Positions 25,588 through 38,914 are shown, counted from the whole stretch's first letter. The stretch is 62,900 nt of DNA, filler included, from Octopus bimaculoides (GCF_001194135.2; 2 parts of one record of this genome joined end to end with filler, not necessarily neighbours in it); one strand, 5' to 3'. Notes: generated from the letters alone by a model not told the origin. Translations and numbers: made by a program.

Positions 25588-26429
25588 NNNNNNNNNNNNN
25601 NNNNNNNNNNNNNNNNNNNNNNNNNNNNNNNNNNNNNNNNNNNNNNNNNNNNNNNNNNNNNNNNNNNNNNNNNNNNNNNNNNNNNNNNNNNNNNNNNNNN
25701 NNNNNNNNNNNNNNNNNNNNNNNNNNNNNNNNNNNNNNNNNNNNNNNNNNNNNNNNNNNNNNNNNNNNNNNNNNNNNNNNNNNNNNNNNNNNNNNNNNNN
25801 NNNNNNNNNNNNNNNNNNNNNNNNNNNNNNNNNNNNNNNNNNNNNNNNNNNNNNNNNNNNNNNNNNNNNNNNNNNNNNNNNNNNNNNNNNNNNNNNNNNN
25901 NNNNNNNNNNNNNNNNNNNNNNNNNNNNNNNNNNNNNNNNNNNNNNNNNNNNNNNNNNNNNNNNNNNNNNNNNNNAAAATCCAATTTCGAAATCTATATG
26001 AACAAGAAAAATATATGCTTGGGGATATGGAGAAAAATCAAACCAATTAATTCAAGGTAGGAAAAAAATTGAGCAATAAAATGAAATATAATAATATATA
26101 ATATGATATAAAATCCTGGTTGATAAAAGGTCATATTAAGGGTAAAATGATAAATGTAAAATCAAACAGTTTTCTATAAAATTATCTAAAGATTAAATGC
26201 AACAGTTGGAAGAAAGCAATTCAAATTCAAAATTACAAAGAAAAAAAAAAACAGAAAAAAATTGACAGTATTCTATATATTCGAAGTTTATGATGGAAAC
26301 AGTAAAGCTTATACGATAGTGAGAAATAATAATATATTAATATATCAAAACATTGTTTTGTGGCAAAAGCCACAAAATCAAAAACTTTGCAGGATGCCTA
26401 CAATAATTCAGCCGTTCAGTTTTATAGTA

Positions 26430-26775
26430 CAAAGCCGATTTGTCTTCAAAGAGAGTAAAATATTTTCCCCTTAAGTGTAAGAGTTATTTCATAGAATTGC
26501 AGTAGGCTTGCTTTCCAAAGAAGACCATTGGATTTTGCCATACGAGTTTTGATAAACTTGTTGAAGACCTATTTTCCGAATATTTTAAAGAATTTTCGTG
26601 CAAATAAAGTTTCGTCATGAAGCTGTTTTCCGTGGTTCTGGTGTAAGTTTTACATGCAAGTCTTTTATAGACCCGGATCTCACTCTTTTAAACAACTCCT
26701 TTGATGAGACAATTACCATTAAGAGAAGAGTTACAAGACTCTTTACAATTGCATTCAGAGCTGTCATATTTTTAT
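26430..26775 (-). mobile_element. Heavily decayed PLE GIY-YIG remnant
   Basis: The minus strand reads ECNCKESCNSSLNGNCLIKGVV* and then, after a frameshift, TYTRTTENSFMTKLYLHENSLKYSENRSSTSLS..IQWS. This follows the CNC..CPLxGxC..VVY / YxGxTENSFKxRxYxH pattern. Confidence 0.6.
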
Positions 26776-27503
26776 AATTTCAGGGCATGTTTTGAGTATA
26801 AAATAGATTATTTAAAATTAATGATGTAAGAAATAAATTTATTAATATTTATTTTTGTTTATTGATATTAATTAATGTAATTGTTGAAAGGTATGTATTT
26901 TTATAATTTCAGAGCATTTGCCTCCGAACGGTTAATATATTAATAAATTAAAATATTACCGTTTCTGACCGCTGAATATACCTTATTTTTTATCGTAAAT
27001 TCGAATACGCATATCGGATGTATTTTGTCGCAATTTTTGTAATTCTAAATTTGAATCGTTTTCTTCTAAATGTCGTATTCGCCCTTTACACCATTACCTT
27101 TCTTTTATCTTTTATATTTTATCGTTTATCTTTTACTTGCTTTAGTCAATGGATTGCAGTATGCTGGCGCACTGCTTTCAAAGGCTTAGTCGAACAAATG
27201 GACCCCAGTACTTATTTTTTAAGGCTTGGTACTATATTCTCTAGGTCACTTTTTGCGGAACCACTAAGTTACCGGGACGTAAAAAGACCAACACCATTTG
27301 TCAAGTGGAGGTGGAGCAAACACAAACATAAAAACACACACATAGATATATACATACGTAGTTTCAGTTCTAATTAAACAATATTTTACTCTACCGTTGG
27401 TATTTGAGTGCTATTTTCTCCAACTTCTTTTGCACCTATGTGCTCGCATATGTATGTATACATACATACATACATACATACATACATACATACATACATA
27501 CAT

Positions 27504-28077
27504 TTCTAAATCTCACTTTGAAGGTATGCATTTGCAATCCAGGAACAAGAAATATCAACCAAATACCTGATGCACAAAAAATACAGAAACGCAGAAAAAG
27601 CAGCAAAATGTGATAACCTATATAGATTTTGTGAAGTTAACACCGAAGATATCATTCACATCATAAGCAGTTGTCCGAAAATGTTATCACGGTATTATCT
27701 ACCGATCAGACATGATGTAGCTCGGACACTGTATAATGAGATCTGTCCAAAAGACAACTAAGAGGTCAAAGAAATAAAAACTTACGGTATAGTAGAAGCC
27801 ATATCCACTCATAATAAAAGGAGTACTGGTGGAATGTCCCAGTGAAAATCTCTCAATAAAATATAAACATAATAAACCTGACATAGTAATCTGGGATAAA
27901 GAAGAAAAACTGTGTACAGTTGTGGACATCAGCTGCCGAGCGGATGTTAACATAAAGCTAAAGCTCAGCGAAAAACGAAAATATCTATGTTGAACTATTG
28001 AGGAATTTACAGTTACTCTATCCAGATTACAAGTTCAGGTAGTTATTGGGGCACTGGGATATGTAACACACTGCCTA
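27504..28077 (+). mobile_element. R4/Dong-like non-LTR retrotransposon, 5'-truncated zinc-knuckle/RLE fragment starting directly after (CATA)n
   Basis: YAFAIQEQEISTKYL..RFCEVNTEDIIHIISSCPKMLSRYYLPIRHDVA..KEYWWNVPV..HNKPDIVIWDKEEKLCTVVDISC (zinc knuckle, RHD and PD-type nuclease). Confidence 0.85.
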
Positions 28078-29042
28078 CAGAACTTTGGCTGGAAACTATG
28101 AATAATAAAACCCGAATCCTTCATTCACACTATGCCAAACCTATGGCCTCCAAATACCTGATCCACCGGAACTCAGCTATCGCGGACAATGCCAAATTCA
28201 ATATATTGATGGCAGACCTCATCTGATTAATGAGAAATGTGTCCCGCATGTACGACCCTACAGAGTTAAAGAGACACATACAACATTTCGTTCACCGCAT
28301 GCAGTTCTCAGGATACAGCCATAGAGAAAGGATCAGAGTATACAAAGAGCCATGAGGAAATTTGAAAGTATCATACGTAACGATAGGAATGGGATTTGCC
28401 CACTCAGTAGGACCAAGTCATGGAATACCATTGAAAGGACTAAGAAGAAAATAGGGATGGCCAACGCCTGGTATGATAGCCACAAATACCAGAGTGTCAT
28501 ATTCGTCAAGAACAACCCCTAGAGCGAACTGGCGTACCGCTTTAGAAGGGCCCTAGACAAACTTAAACTAAGAATTAAGGTTGTAGAAAGGCCAGGCAGC
28601 CCTATCAAATCCCTTATCAGTAGAACCTACCCTTTTAGTAGAACCCCCTGTACTGATAGGAACTGTACTGTATGTAGATTTAGCCCACAAACAAACTGTA
28701 AAGCCAGGAATGTAATCTATAGTATAAGATGTACAGAGGGACGGTGCAGTAAGAAGACAACGACGTACGTAGGGGAAACAGCACGGAGCATAGGAGGGCA
28801 GGTAAATGAGCATTGGAGGGAACTTAAGGAAGAGAAGAGCTCATCGGTTCTGTACCAGCACGCCGAGCAGGAACACGGAGGCTCGCTCAACAACATAGAA
28901 GTTAAAATCTTGTCCACACATAGAACAGACGCAACGCTTAGGTCAAATTTCAGAAGCTACACACATAGAAGAAGATAAACCTAGCCTGAATAGGAAACTA
29001 GAATGGAACACTAGCACACATCCCCAAGACACCACAACCTAA
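28078..29042 (+). mobile_element. PLE (Neptune-like) 3' remnant: RT thumb, Cys-rich linker, GIY-YIG
   Basis: ILHSHYAKPMASKYLIHRNSA..RMQFSGYS..PCTDRNCTVCRFSPQTNCKARNVIYSIRC..TYVGETARSIGGQVNEH..EATHIEEDKPSLNRKLEW, with a few stops and frameshifts. Confidence 0.85.
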
Positions 29043-29446
29043 TGACATAAGATCTTCATAAACTGATAACAATATGAATATAATATAATGTAATACACAG
29101 ATAAATAAATGGAATTAAATAATTATATACATTAACAAAATAAATGGACTTAAATAATTATATACATTAACAAAATAAATAAAATTAAATACAAAAGAGG
29201 AAAAGAAAGAAAAGAGAAGAAATAAGTAGGTATAAACAAATGAACAAAAATAAAAACAAATTAAACGAACGTATATAAACAGGGGATACTGATAATATAA
29301 GCAGATTCGCCCCCCCCCCACACACACACTAACTAAAAATAGACACACACAGGGGTATACGCATGCGCAAATAAAGACACAATAGGAATACAAAATGGCT
29401 GATCATTAGTAAGGAAAGGCACACAAAAAAGAAAGAAGAAAGCAAA

Positions 29447-29491
29447 GGACCACTGATGAGGTCGAAGAAGTGTGCCGAAAGAACTCTGGCC
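29447..29491 (+). ncRNA. Minimal type I hammerhead ribozyme (slightly degenerate), PLE-associated
   Basis: GGACCA-CTGATGA-GGT[cgaagaagtgt]GCC-GAA-AG[aa]CT-C-TGGCC: intact core, stems I-III, NUH triplet CUC. Confidence 0.6.
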
Positions 29492-30587
29492 GAAATACGA
29501 TTAATATAGAATAAAGCTGAAGCAAGTGAACACCAAATATATAGTGTATGTGTTTTTATTGGCTAACTGACAACATGACCATCCCCAAATACAACAATAT
29601 ATATATAAAAACAAATAGTAAATGAGTATATGCATATATACGTACAGGTATGTGCGTACCGACATCCACCTGTATGTATAGGTGCATATCTGGGTACAGG
29701 ACATTGCAAACAAAACGTAGACAAGAAAACACACAAGCCACATAGAGAACATGCTCCTTCATCAGCTACCCCCGTTTTAACACCGGCGTTTCGAAGAGCT
29801 GGGTAGGACGCATCGTTAAAACGGCTCTTCCCATGGACCGCAAATTAAATTTGTATACACAAATTAAATCTTGCCATGGAGGAATGTAGTGGCGGACAAA
29901 AAACAAGACAGGAAAACAAACAGAAGAGGCTTATATATGCGTTTGTATGTGTTACGTATATCCCTTGTATGTGTGTGAGTGGATGCTAATGAGTCACAAG
30001 ACTGCCTAAATTATATAAAGCTTTATTATAATCCTGTTATCCGTCCTGTAAATTTCATTGTATGAAAATTTGCTTAATCAGCAAAGATGGCGTCTAGACA
30101 GCTTAATGTACGTCTTTAATCTCTGTTAATACGGCCCACAATTTGATTTTAATGTCTTTTGGTATTCTTTTTGTTCTGATTCCTACTGTACGCTTTGGCT
30201 GGGTTTCTCGTTCTGTTTTTGTTTAATTCAGATTTACGATTTAAGGTTTATCGAAGCATATCAAATTATATAAAATATTCTTTTTCTGTTGGTAATGTGA
30301 AAACATTTAAACACTGACGTCGTCTGCTGTTTTATGAACACCCAAAAGCATCGAATGTCTTGTGTGTAATAGGTTTAACAGAGATTATCAACGGATTTTT
30401 AATGAGTGAAAGTGAGAGGGAGAGAGTGAAAGAAAGAGAGACGGACAGATCGACGGATACACTAATTCAGGGACACTAAAATAAATGGATGAAGTGGGGG
30501 GAAAAGGAGGACTACAACAAAAGTTGAAAGAAACTAAAAAGAACACAGGAAGAAACTTTTAGAAATAAAAATGAAGGAATGACATAT

Positions 30588-30853
<266 letters not shown>

Positions 30854-31127
30854 ACATTTCTTTTATTAGCCACACAGGGCTCAACGAAGATGGGACAAAA
30901 CAATGTAGAGCTTTTCTTTTGGGGAGGGGGAAGGAAGGTAAAAAAAAAAAATTTTTAAAAGGGGTGGTGTCGATCAAAAGGGATCGTAGGAAGGGAAAAA
31001 GGGGAAGTTCGATCAAAAGGGATCGGGAAAAAAAAAAGAAGGAAAGGCCGATCAATAGGGATCGTGTATCACACAGTAATGTTCTCGTGTAAAAAGAGGG
31101 GAGGACAGTTTAGGTTTAGCCGTGGAA
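30854..31127 (-). mobile_element. Putative retroelement 3' end with a triple-hairpin array, running into (CTAT)n
   Basis: The minus strand ends ...ccctgtgtggctAATAAAagaaat followed by (ctat)n. Three CGATC-n6-GATCG hairpins at 30971, 31010 and 31049. Confidence 0.45.
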
Positions 31128-31227
31128 NNNNNNNNNNNNNNNNNNNNNNNNNNNNNNNNNNNNNNNNNNNNTTAATTAATTAANNNNNNNNNNNNNNNNN
31201 NNNNNNNNNNNNNNNNNNNNNNNNNNN
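31128..31227. other. Artificial scaffold join: 44 N + TTAATTAATTAA + 44 N = 100 bp
   Basis: Exact symmetry; the 12-mer carries stops in all six frames. Confidence 0.85.
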
Positions 31228-31609
31228 GTTTATACCTGTAATTATTGGGACCCTAGGATAAGTAACATACTGCCTAAATACCAATCTAGAGAAATTAGGC
31301 TTCTCAAAACCAGAAAGGAAAAGCTAATTCGAAGACTACAGATCCAATCCATCACTGGAAGTGTAAAAATCTGTAAAATTTTCCACAAGTTTACCATTTA
31401 AGTATATATGAGCATGTCTAGATATGCAACTATATGCATAAGAATATATACATAACACATACAAATCTGCACATATACATACATATTTACATACAAACAA
31501 AAATACTCTGTAGTTGAAGTTGAAATTCCAATGAAGGAGCCTTGAATCCAGGTTACAAACCGCTTCTTTCACTATTGGCCAGAAATCTTGAAATAAAACT
31601 AAGGAATGA
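31228..31609 (+). mobile_element. R4/Dong-like element, ORF end plus 3' UTR, terminating in (CATA)n
   Basis: FIPVIIGTLG*VTYCLNTNLEKLGFSK..IQSITGSVKICKIFHKFTI*; the UTR ends gaaataaaactaaggaatga|catacatacat. Confidence 0.8.
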
Positions 31610-32649
31610 CATACATACATACATACATACATACATACATACATACATACATACATACATGCATACATACAAACATACATACATACAGTTACACATATGT
31701 GTTTGTGTACCTGAGTGTATACTTGCATACATACCTATATGCAGAGGAACAAAGGTGCACCTATATATATATATATGTATATGTATATGCATACATGCAT
31801 ACATACATATGTACGTGTGTTTGTGTACGGGTGTGCATATCTACATACGTACATACATATATACTTACAGGGATGCATATATACATACATATATATGTAT
31901 AACTGCCTGCATATGTGTCTATGTCGGTGTANNNNNNNNNNCACACATGCTTACGCACACACTATACACACGCATGCACACTGATAGACATTGGCCTACT
32001 CACATAAACAAATATAGAAACTGACTCACCGATAGTCATTCACATACATACGCACACACACACACACACATACGTACGTACAATACGCACGCACTCACAC
32101 ATACACACACGCGCACACGTACACGCACACATTACTTAACAGCACACCTCCCCTAGCCTCGGTTAACGCCGTTATCTCACAGTTAAAAAAAAATAGCGCT
32201 ATGTAAACTGGCGCTGACCGCCGAAGACATAAAAAGTTACTTCCCTTATATTTTGTTAGCGTTCAGTCAACATACTCGAGATACGATCAACCACATGGGT
32301 TATAAAACGTGAACCTGGACACGCCTAAAACCTTCACAAATGTTTCTACGTTAAGAAAAGCTGAAAGGTGGTGGGGTTACTTATAACTACACCTTTTATT
32401 AAATCAGTATTCAGTTTAGTGTACACCCTGAATAAAGAAAGTACCATATAACGGGTTCTTTGAAAATTAAAACTGTGGCATCTCTTAAAAGCAATGATAC
32501 TGAGTCGAATATAATATAAAAGTCATCGTCTTTATATGGTTATGTAAATCACGTATGGCTTATCTTCTGTCTTTTACTTGTTTCAGTCATTAGACAGCGG
32601 TCAGTCTGGAGCACTGCCTTCAAGAAGTTTTAGTCGAATGTGTGTGTGC

Positions 32650-32696
<47 letters not shown>

Positions 32697-33432
32697 TACA
32701 TACGTACATACATATATATAGATATATATACATACCGTACTTCTGTTGCAAAAGCTTGGTACTTATTGTATCTGTTTATTTTGCCGAACCGCTAAGTTAT
32801 GGCGACGTAAACACACCAGCACTGGTTGTCAAGCAGTAGTGGGGGACAAACACAGGCATAATCCTATATTCCCATACACCCACCCACCCACGCACGCACA
32901 CACACACACACACACACACACTCTCATACACAAACATACACAAACACACTCACACACACTCATACACACACACACACACGACGGGCTTATTTCAGTTTCC
33001 GTCTACCAAATCTACTCACAAAGCTTTGGTTGGCTCTAGGTTATACTAGAAGACACTCACCCAAGGTGCCACGCAGTGGGACTGAACCCCGAGCCATTTG
33101 GTTGGGAAGCAAGTTTCTTATCACATAACCACGCCTGCGCTTATGATAATTGCAAAGACAAGTTACTCATTACATACTCAAGTTAAATCTATATGAATGA
33201 TATTCATATATTTATACATACCACATGTCGTTTCGAGTTCAATCCCACTGCGCGGAAGTGTCTTGAGCAAGTGTCTTTTACTAAAGCCTCGATCCCACCA
33301 ATGCCTTGTGAGTGGAACTTTGATAAAGTCGCGTATATGTATGTATGTATGTACGTATGTGTGTGTATGTATGTAGGTATGTATGTATGTAAGTATGTAT
33401 GCATGTATGTATGTATGTATGTATGTATGTAT

Positions 33433-34349
33433 ATCATCATTTAGTTTATTTCAAGATTTCTTGCCAATAGAGAAAGAATCGTTTTCTAACCTAGATCCAA
33501 GATTCCTTCATTGGAATTTCAACAACACAACAATGTATATTTGTTTGTATGTATGTATGTATGTATGTATGTGTATGTATGTATGTGTATGTATGTATGT
33601 ATGCATGTATGNNNNNNNNNNNNNNNNNNNNNNNNNNNNNNNNNNNNNNNNNNNNNNNNATGTGTATGTGTGTATGTATGTATGTATGTATGTATGTATG
33701 TGTAGATTTGTATGTCTTATGTATTTATTCTCATGCATACCGTTACATATCTAGACATGCTCATATATATTCAAATGATAAACTTCTGGAAAGTTTTACA
33801 GATTTTTACAGTTCCAGTGATGGATTGGATCCGCAGGGCAGCTAATTTCCACAACTGTGCACAGTTTCTCTTCTCTATCCCAAATCATTATATCAGGACT
33901 GTTGTGCTTCCATTTTATTGAGGTCTGCACTGGGACATTCCACCAGTATTCCTTTTTATTATGAGTGACTATAGCTTCTACCATATTGTGGGGTTTTATT
34001 TCTTTGTTTTGGGGATTATCCTTCCAACGGATTTCATTATAGAATGTCCTAGCTACAACGTCATGTCTCATCGGTAGATAATACCGTGATGACATTTTCG
34101 GACAACTGCTTTTGATGTGGGTGATATCTTCAGTTTGAACTCCACGAAGTCTGCATCGGTTGTCACATTTTCGACTTTTCCTGCATCTCCATCCCTTTTG
34201 TGTATCAGGTACTTGATCGATATTTCCTGTTTGTGGATTGCGAACGCATACTCTTCAGAGAGGAAGGTAGTAATCCGGCTATTCGTCCATGATAAACTGC
34301 CTTGATGATCGATGTTACTATCATCACGGAACTTTCTACTAACATATTC
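33433..34349 (-). mobile_element. R4/Dong-like element, 5'-truncated and internally deleted, flanked by (CATA)n on both sides
   Basis: The minus strand reads catacatacat|EYVSRKFRDDSNIDHQGSLSWT..AIHKQEI..RYYLPMRHDVV..WWNVPVQTSIK..SPDIMIWDREEK, then the same 3' UTR as 31228-31609, then |(cata)n. Confidence 0.85.
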
Positions 34350-34682
34350 ATGTATGTATGCATGTGTGTGTGTGTGTGTGCATGTGTGTGTGTGTGTGCA
34401 TGTGTGTGTGTGTGTGTGTACATGTGCGTGTATGTGTGTGTGTATGTGTATGCGCGTGCGTGCATTTCTGTATGCGTTTGTGTTTGTGTTTGTTTCTCCT
34501 GCTGCTTCACAACCGGTGTCGGATTGTTTCCATTCACGTAATTTAGCAGTTCAGTAAAAATTATAATACAATAAGTACGAGACTGAAAGCCTAAAATACT
34601 GGAGCCTATTTTTTCGACTAAAACCCAATGACGGAAACAAGAAAAAATTAAGATAAAATGCGAGAGACAGACAGACAGAAAA

Positions 34683-34731
<49 letters not shown>

Positions 34732-35234
34732 TAGATAGAGAGATAGAGAGATAGATAGATAGAGAGATAGATAGATACTGATTGGTTATACTTATAAACT
34801 GAAGATGGTTCTGGAGAACAGAAACTCCCAGATATGCCACGATACACTAATGTACCGCAAAATTTCACTGGGTCAGTCGTGAACAATGTAAGGCTATATA
34901 TTAAATATGTGAATAATGCTAAACTATGCTAACTGACACTCAAATTCTAGGGTTTGATGAGCATGTTCCATTGATGTAATATAGAAGTAGTTAATTTTCT
35001 GTATCTTCTTTTTTTTTATCTTTTACTTGTTTCAGCCATTAGTCTGTGACCATGCTGGAGCATATCCTTGAAGAATTTTTAGTCGAATGTATCGACCCCA
35101 GTATTTACTTTTTATAAGCTTGGTACTTATTCTATCGGTCTCTGTTGCCGAACCACTAAGTTACGTGGATATAAGCACACCAGCACTGATTGTCAAATGG
35201 TGATGGTGAGCAAACACAGACAGACAGACAGACA

Positions 35235-35279
<45 letters not shown>

Positions 35280-35889
35280 GCATATATACGACAGGCGTCT
35301 TTCAGTTTCCGTCTACCAAATCCACTCATGAATCTCTGGTCAGCACGAGGCTACAGTAGAAGACACTTGCCCAGGGAGCCACACAGTGGGTCTAAACCCG
35401 GGACCATGTGGTTGGGAAGCAAGCTTCTTACAACACAACTATTTAAATTATTTTTATATATTTATTGATTACAATATACAGATAAAAAAAACAAGTAAGT
35501 AAATGGGTGGAAGTCGAACCGGCGAGTGTGTTAATTAATAAGGTATTAAAACATAAGGACTCTCTCCTGTACTTCCAGTAATATTATATTATTATAGCAT
35601 TAAATGCAAATTTGCAATGTCTCGTATTTAGGGAAGAGAGACTGTAACTTGGCTGGTTTGTTCAGAGTGCCGTTGCATCATGTACGTTGCAATAATAACA
35701 AACCACTTAAACCAGTTGCAATCAATTTCAAATTCGCATATTAGTCCCAATATCTTGAATGCATTTGGTGTACTCCAGCGCTATTGGTTAAATTCAACAA
35801 GTTCGTGAACAGTGTTCGATGTTTTCTCTGCGCATTCACTTCCGTACGATTTCCTTGTACAAGTATTATTTCGTGCCCGTCTACACACA

Positions 35890-35953
<64 letters not shown>

Positions 35954-36180
35954 NNNNNNNNNNNNNNNNNNNNNNNNNNNNNNNNNNNNNNNNNNNNNNN
36001 NNNNNNNNNNNNNNNNNNNNNNNNNNNNNNNNNNNNNNNNNNNNNNNNNNNNNNNNNNNNNNNNNNNNNNNNNNNNNNNNNNNNNNNNNNNNNNNNNNNN
36101 NNNNNNNNNNNNNNNNNNNNNNNNNNNNNNNNNNNNNNNNNNNNNNNNNNNNNNNNNNNNNNNNNNNNNNNNNNNNNNNN

Positions 36181-36573
36181 CGCTCCAAATTTGTTGTTGG
36201 CTCTCCGTCGCTTATGTCGTCGAGGGTCCCAGTTGATCCGATCAACGGAAAAGCCTGCTCGTGAAATTAACGTGCAAGTGGCTGAGCACTCCACAGACAC
36301 GTGTACCCTTAACGTAGTTCTCGGGGATATTTAGCGTGATACAGTGTGACAAGGCTGACCCTTTGAATTACAGGCACAACAGAAACAGGAAGTAAGAGTG
36401 AGAGAAAGTTGTGGTGAAAGAGTACAGCAGGGTTCGCCACTATCCCCTGCCGGAGCCTCGTGGGGCTTTAGGTGTTTTCGCTCAAGAAACACTCACATTA
36501 TATTATTATAGCATTAATCGAAACTTCGATCCTATGACCACGAGCCCGCTGCCCTAACCACTGGGCCATTGCG
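36181..36573 (-). mobile_element. SINE family C, near full length with tRNA-like head
   Basis: The minus-strand head gcgcaatggcccagtggttagggcagcgggctcgtggtcataggatcgaagtttcgatt has A and B boxes. Confidence 0.85.
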
Positions 36574-37098
36574 CCGCCACTCGCTCCAACATAGAAACGG
36601 CATAATCAACTGCGTCTTTCCTTTATTCTCCCTAATAACACAGGATTTTCTCTATTTTCTCATATCTTTCTTTTCCAACTTGGGAAAAAGATCTTTATCC
36701 GAAACGTTGATAATAATTCGCTTTCCAATTGCATATATTTGATTTGACATGTATTTTAAAATATTTTCATTACTTTTCTCTACATATGTCAACTGAATAT
36801 ATGTAGTTTATTGATTTTTTTGAGGAACATTGTATGGTTAATCATTTTGTGTAGACATTGTTGGGACACGCATTGCCCACAGTATGTTATGCTTAGATAA
36901 ATACATAGAGATTGTAAAGCTGGTACAGAGTTAGACACAGATCTTAATTTTGATTGCACACACACACACACACACATAATATATACATAACACACATGTT
37001 TATAAATATAAACATGTGTATGTGATAGACGTGGATTGTTACTAAACAGATAGACATACACACAGAAGCTGTTGTTATTGGGCCGATACTCATCGCGT

Positions 37099-37177
<79 letters not shown>

Positions 37178-37256
37178 ATAGACAGACAGACAGATAAACA
37201 GATAGATAAATAGCTAAGTTAGAGAGACACCGCGAGAGACAGAGAGACAGACAAAC

Positions 37257-37315
<59 letters not shown>

Positions 37316-38872
37316 CAGTCAGACAAACACACACACAGAGACAGACACACAGACAGATAGATAACAAGACAGCGACAGACACATAGACCGAGCGATGACA
37401 GACAGACACACACAAATACATACATACATACATGCATACATACATACATACATACATGCATACATACATACATAGTTTGTATATATGAGCCGGACACATA
37501 TAAGTACCGCCTGTTGTAGTTGAATGAATAGATAGAGATACGGCAGCCTGTTGATTTTGGATAAATAGATAGGCTCTATATGAGGCAATTAAATAGATAC
37601 GTTTTTGGTTAAATTATTTTCATTGAAATTAAATATTTGAAATAGTAAACACATATCTTGTTGGTTATCAATAGTTGTTTCACTCTCTCTTCACAGTCCC
37701 CGATTATTTTCTTCAGTTTTACAAGCAGTGTTGTGTATGTACAACTGTATGAATTGTATGACTAATAATTTTGGTATTTATGAAACTTCATAAATTTAAA
37801 GAGTTAACAATTTCTATATATGTGGCTTTAGAGTTTATTTAGTTACTCAATGTTCTGGAATGGCATTTGCATCTATTATCTCTCGCTTTACTTAAAATTT
37901 TGCTTCGCATGTTTATTTAAACTTAAGTTAAAAGTATATATTATAATGGTGGTGCTCAATAAACGGAATGTTTTGAAGATAAGTTTATTGTGTCATACTA
38001 TATTATCTAAAATAATCTGTCAAAATGGCGAGCTGGCAGAATCGTTAGCACGCCGGGAAAATTTCTTAACGGCATTTCGTACACCTTTACGTTCTAATTG
38101 CAAATTCCGTCGAATTTGACTTTGCCTTTCGTCTTTTCGTGTCGATAAATTAAGTACCAGTTAGGCACGAGGTTCGATATAATCGACTTATCCCCTCTCC
38201 CAAACGTGCTGTCCCTATGCCAAAATTTGAAACCAATATTTCAAGGGGAATACATATTATCTTACATATTTTTGTAGTAAGACGAGGAACAATAGCTTCA
38301 AGTTGGTGAGTGTTCTTTCTTTGCGTTAGGGAAATCAAATCAATGAGTTTGACATTCAATTTTAGGTTCTGCACATTGATGACAACTGTAGAGAAGAAAA
38401 CATGAACAGAGAAAGACTTCCAGAGAATAGCGCTTCTGCCAATAGAATTTTACACACTGTCTGGTGTTAGATTCTGTGATGGAAGCGCAGTAAGAAGATT
38501 GAAGGCGTAACGCATGGATTAAACGGATTTAGGCATAAATTGCATACAGCTTACCTCTTCATTTGAACAGAAATTGATTTAGTAAATGTACAAGAGTACA
38601 GAGAGAAGATATAAAACAGCGATATGGGAGTGCTTGTAATATTTTTGGTGAGAGAAAATTCTCAGTGTATACGACGCATTTTTCAGTTTCCGTCAACCAA
38701 ATCCGATCAGGTGGCTTTGGTTGGCCTATAGTAGAAAGCACTTGCTCAAGATGCCACGCCGTGAGACTGAAACCAACCAAACGTACAGCAAACTTCTAAC
38801 CACATAACCACACCTGCGTTATGTTCACATTATGCTAACCAATATAATTAAAACTAATTATTGTACTTCAGA

Positions 38873-38914
<42 letters not shown>

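Noticed and set aside
30971-31064. CRISPR array
   Set aside because: Eukaryotic context, only three 16-bp repeats, low-complexity spacers and no cas genes.
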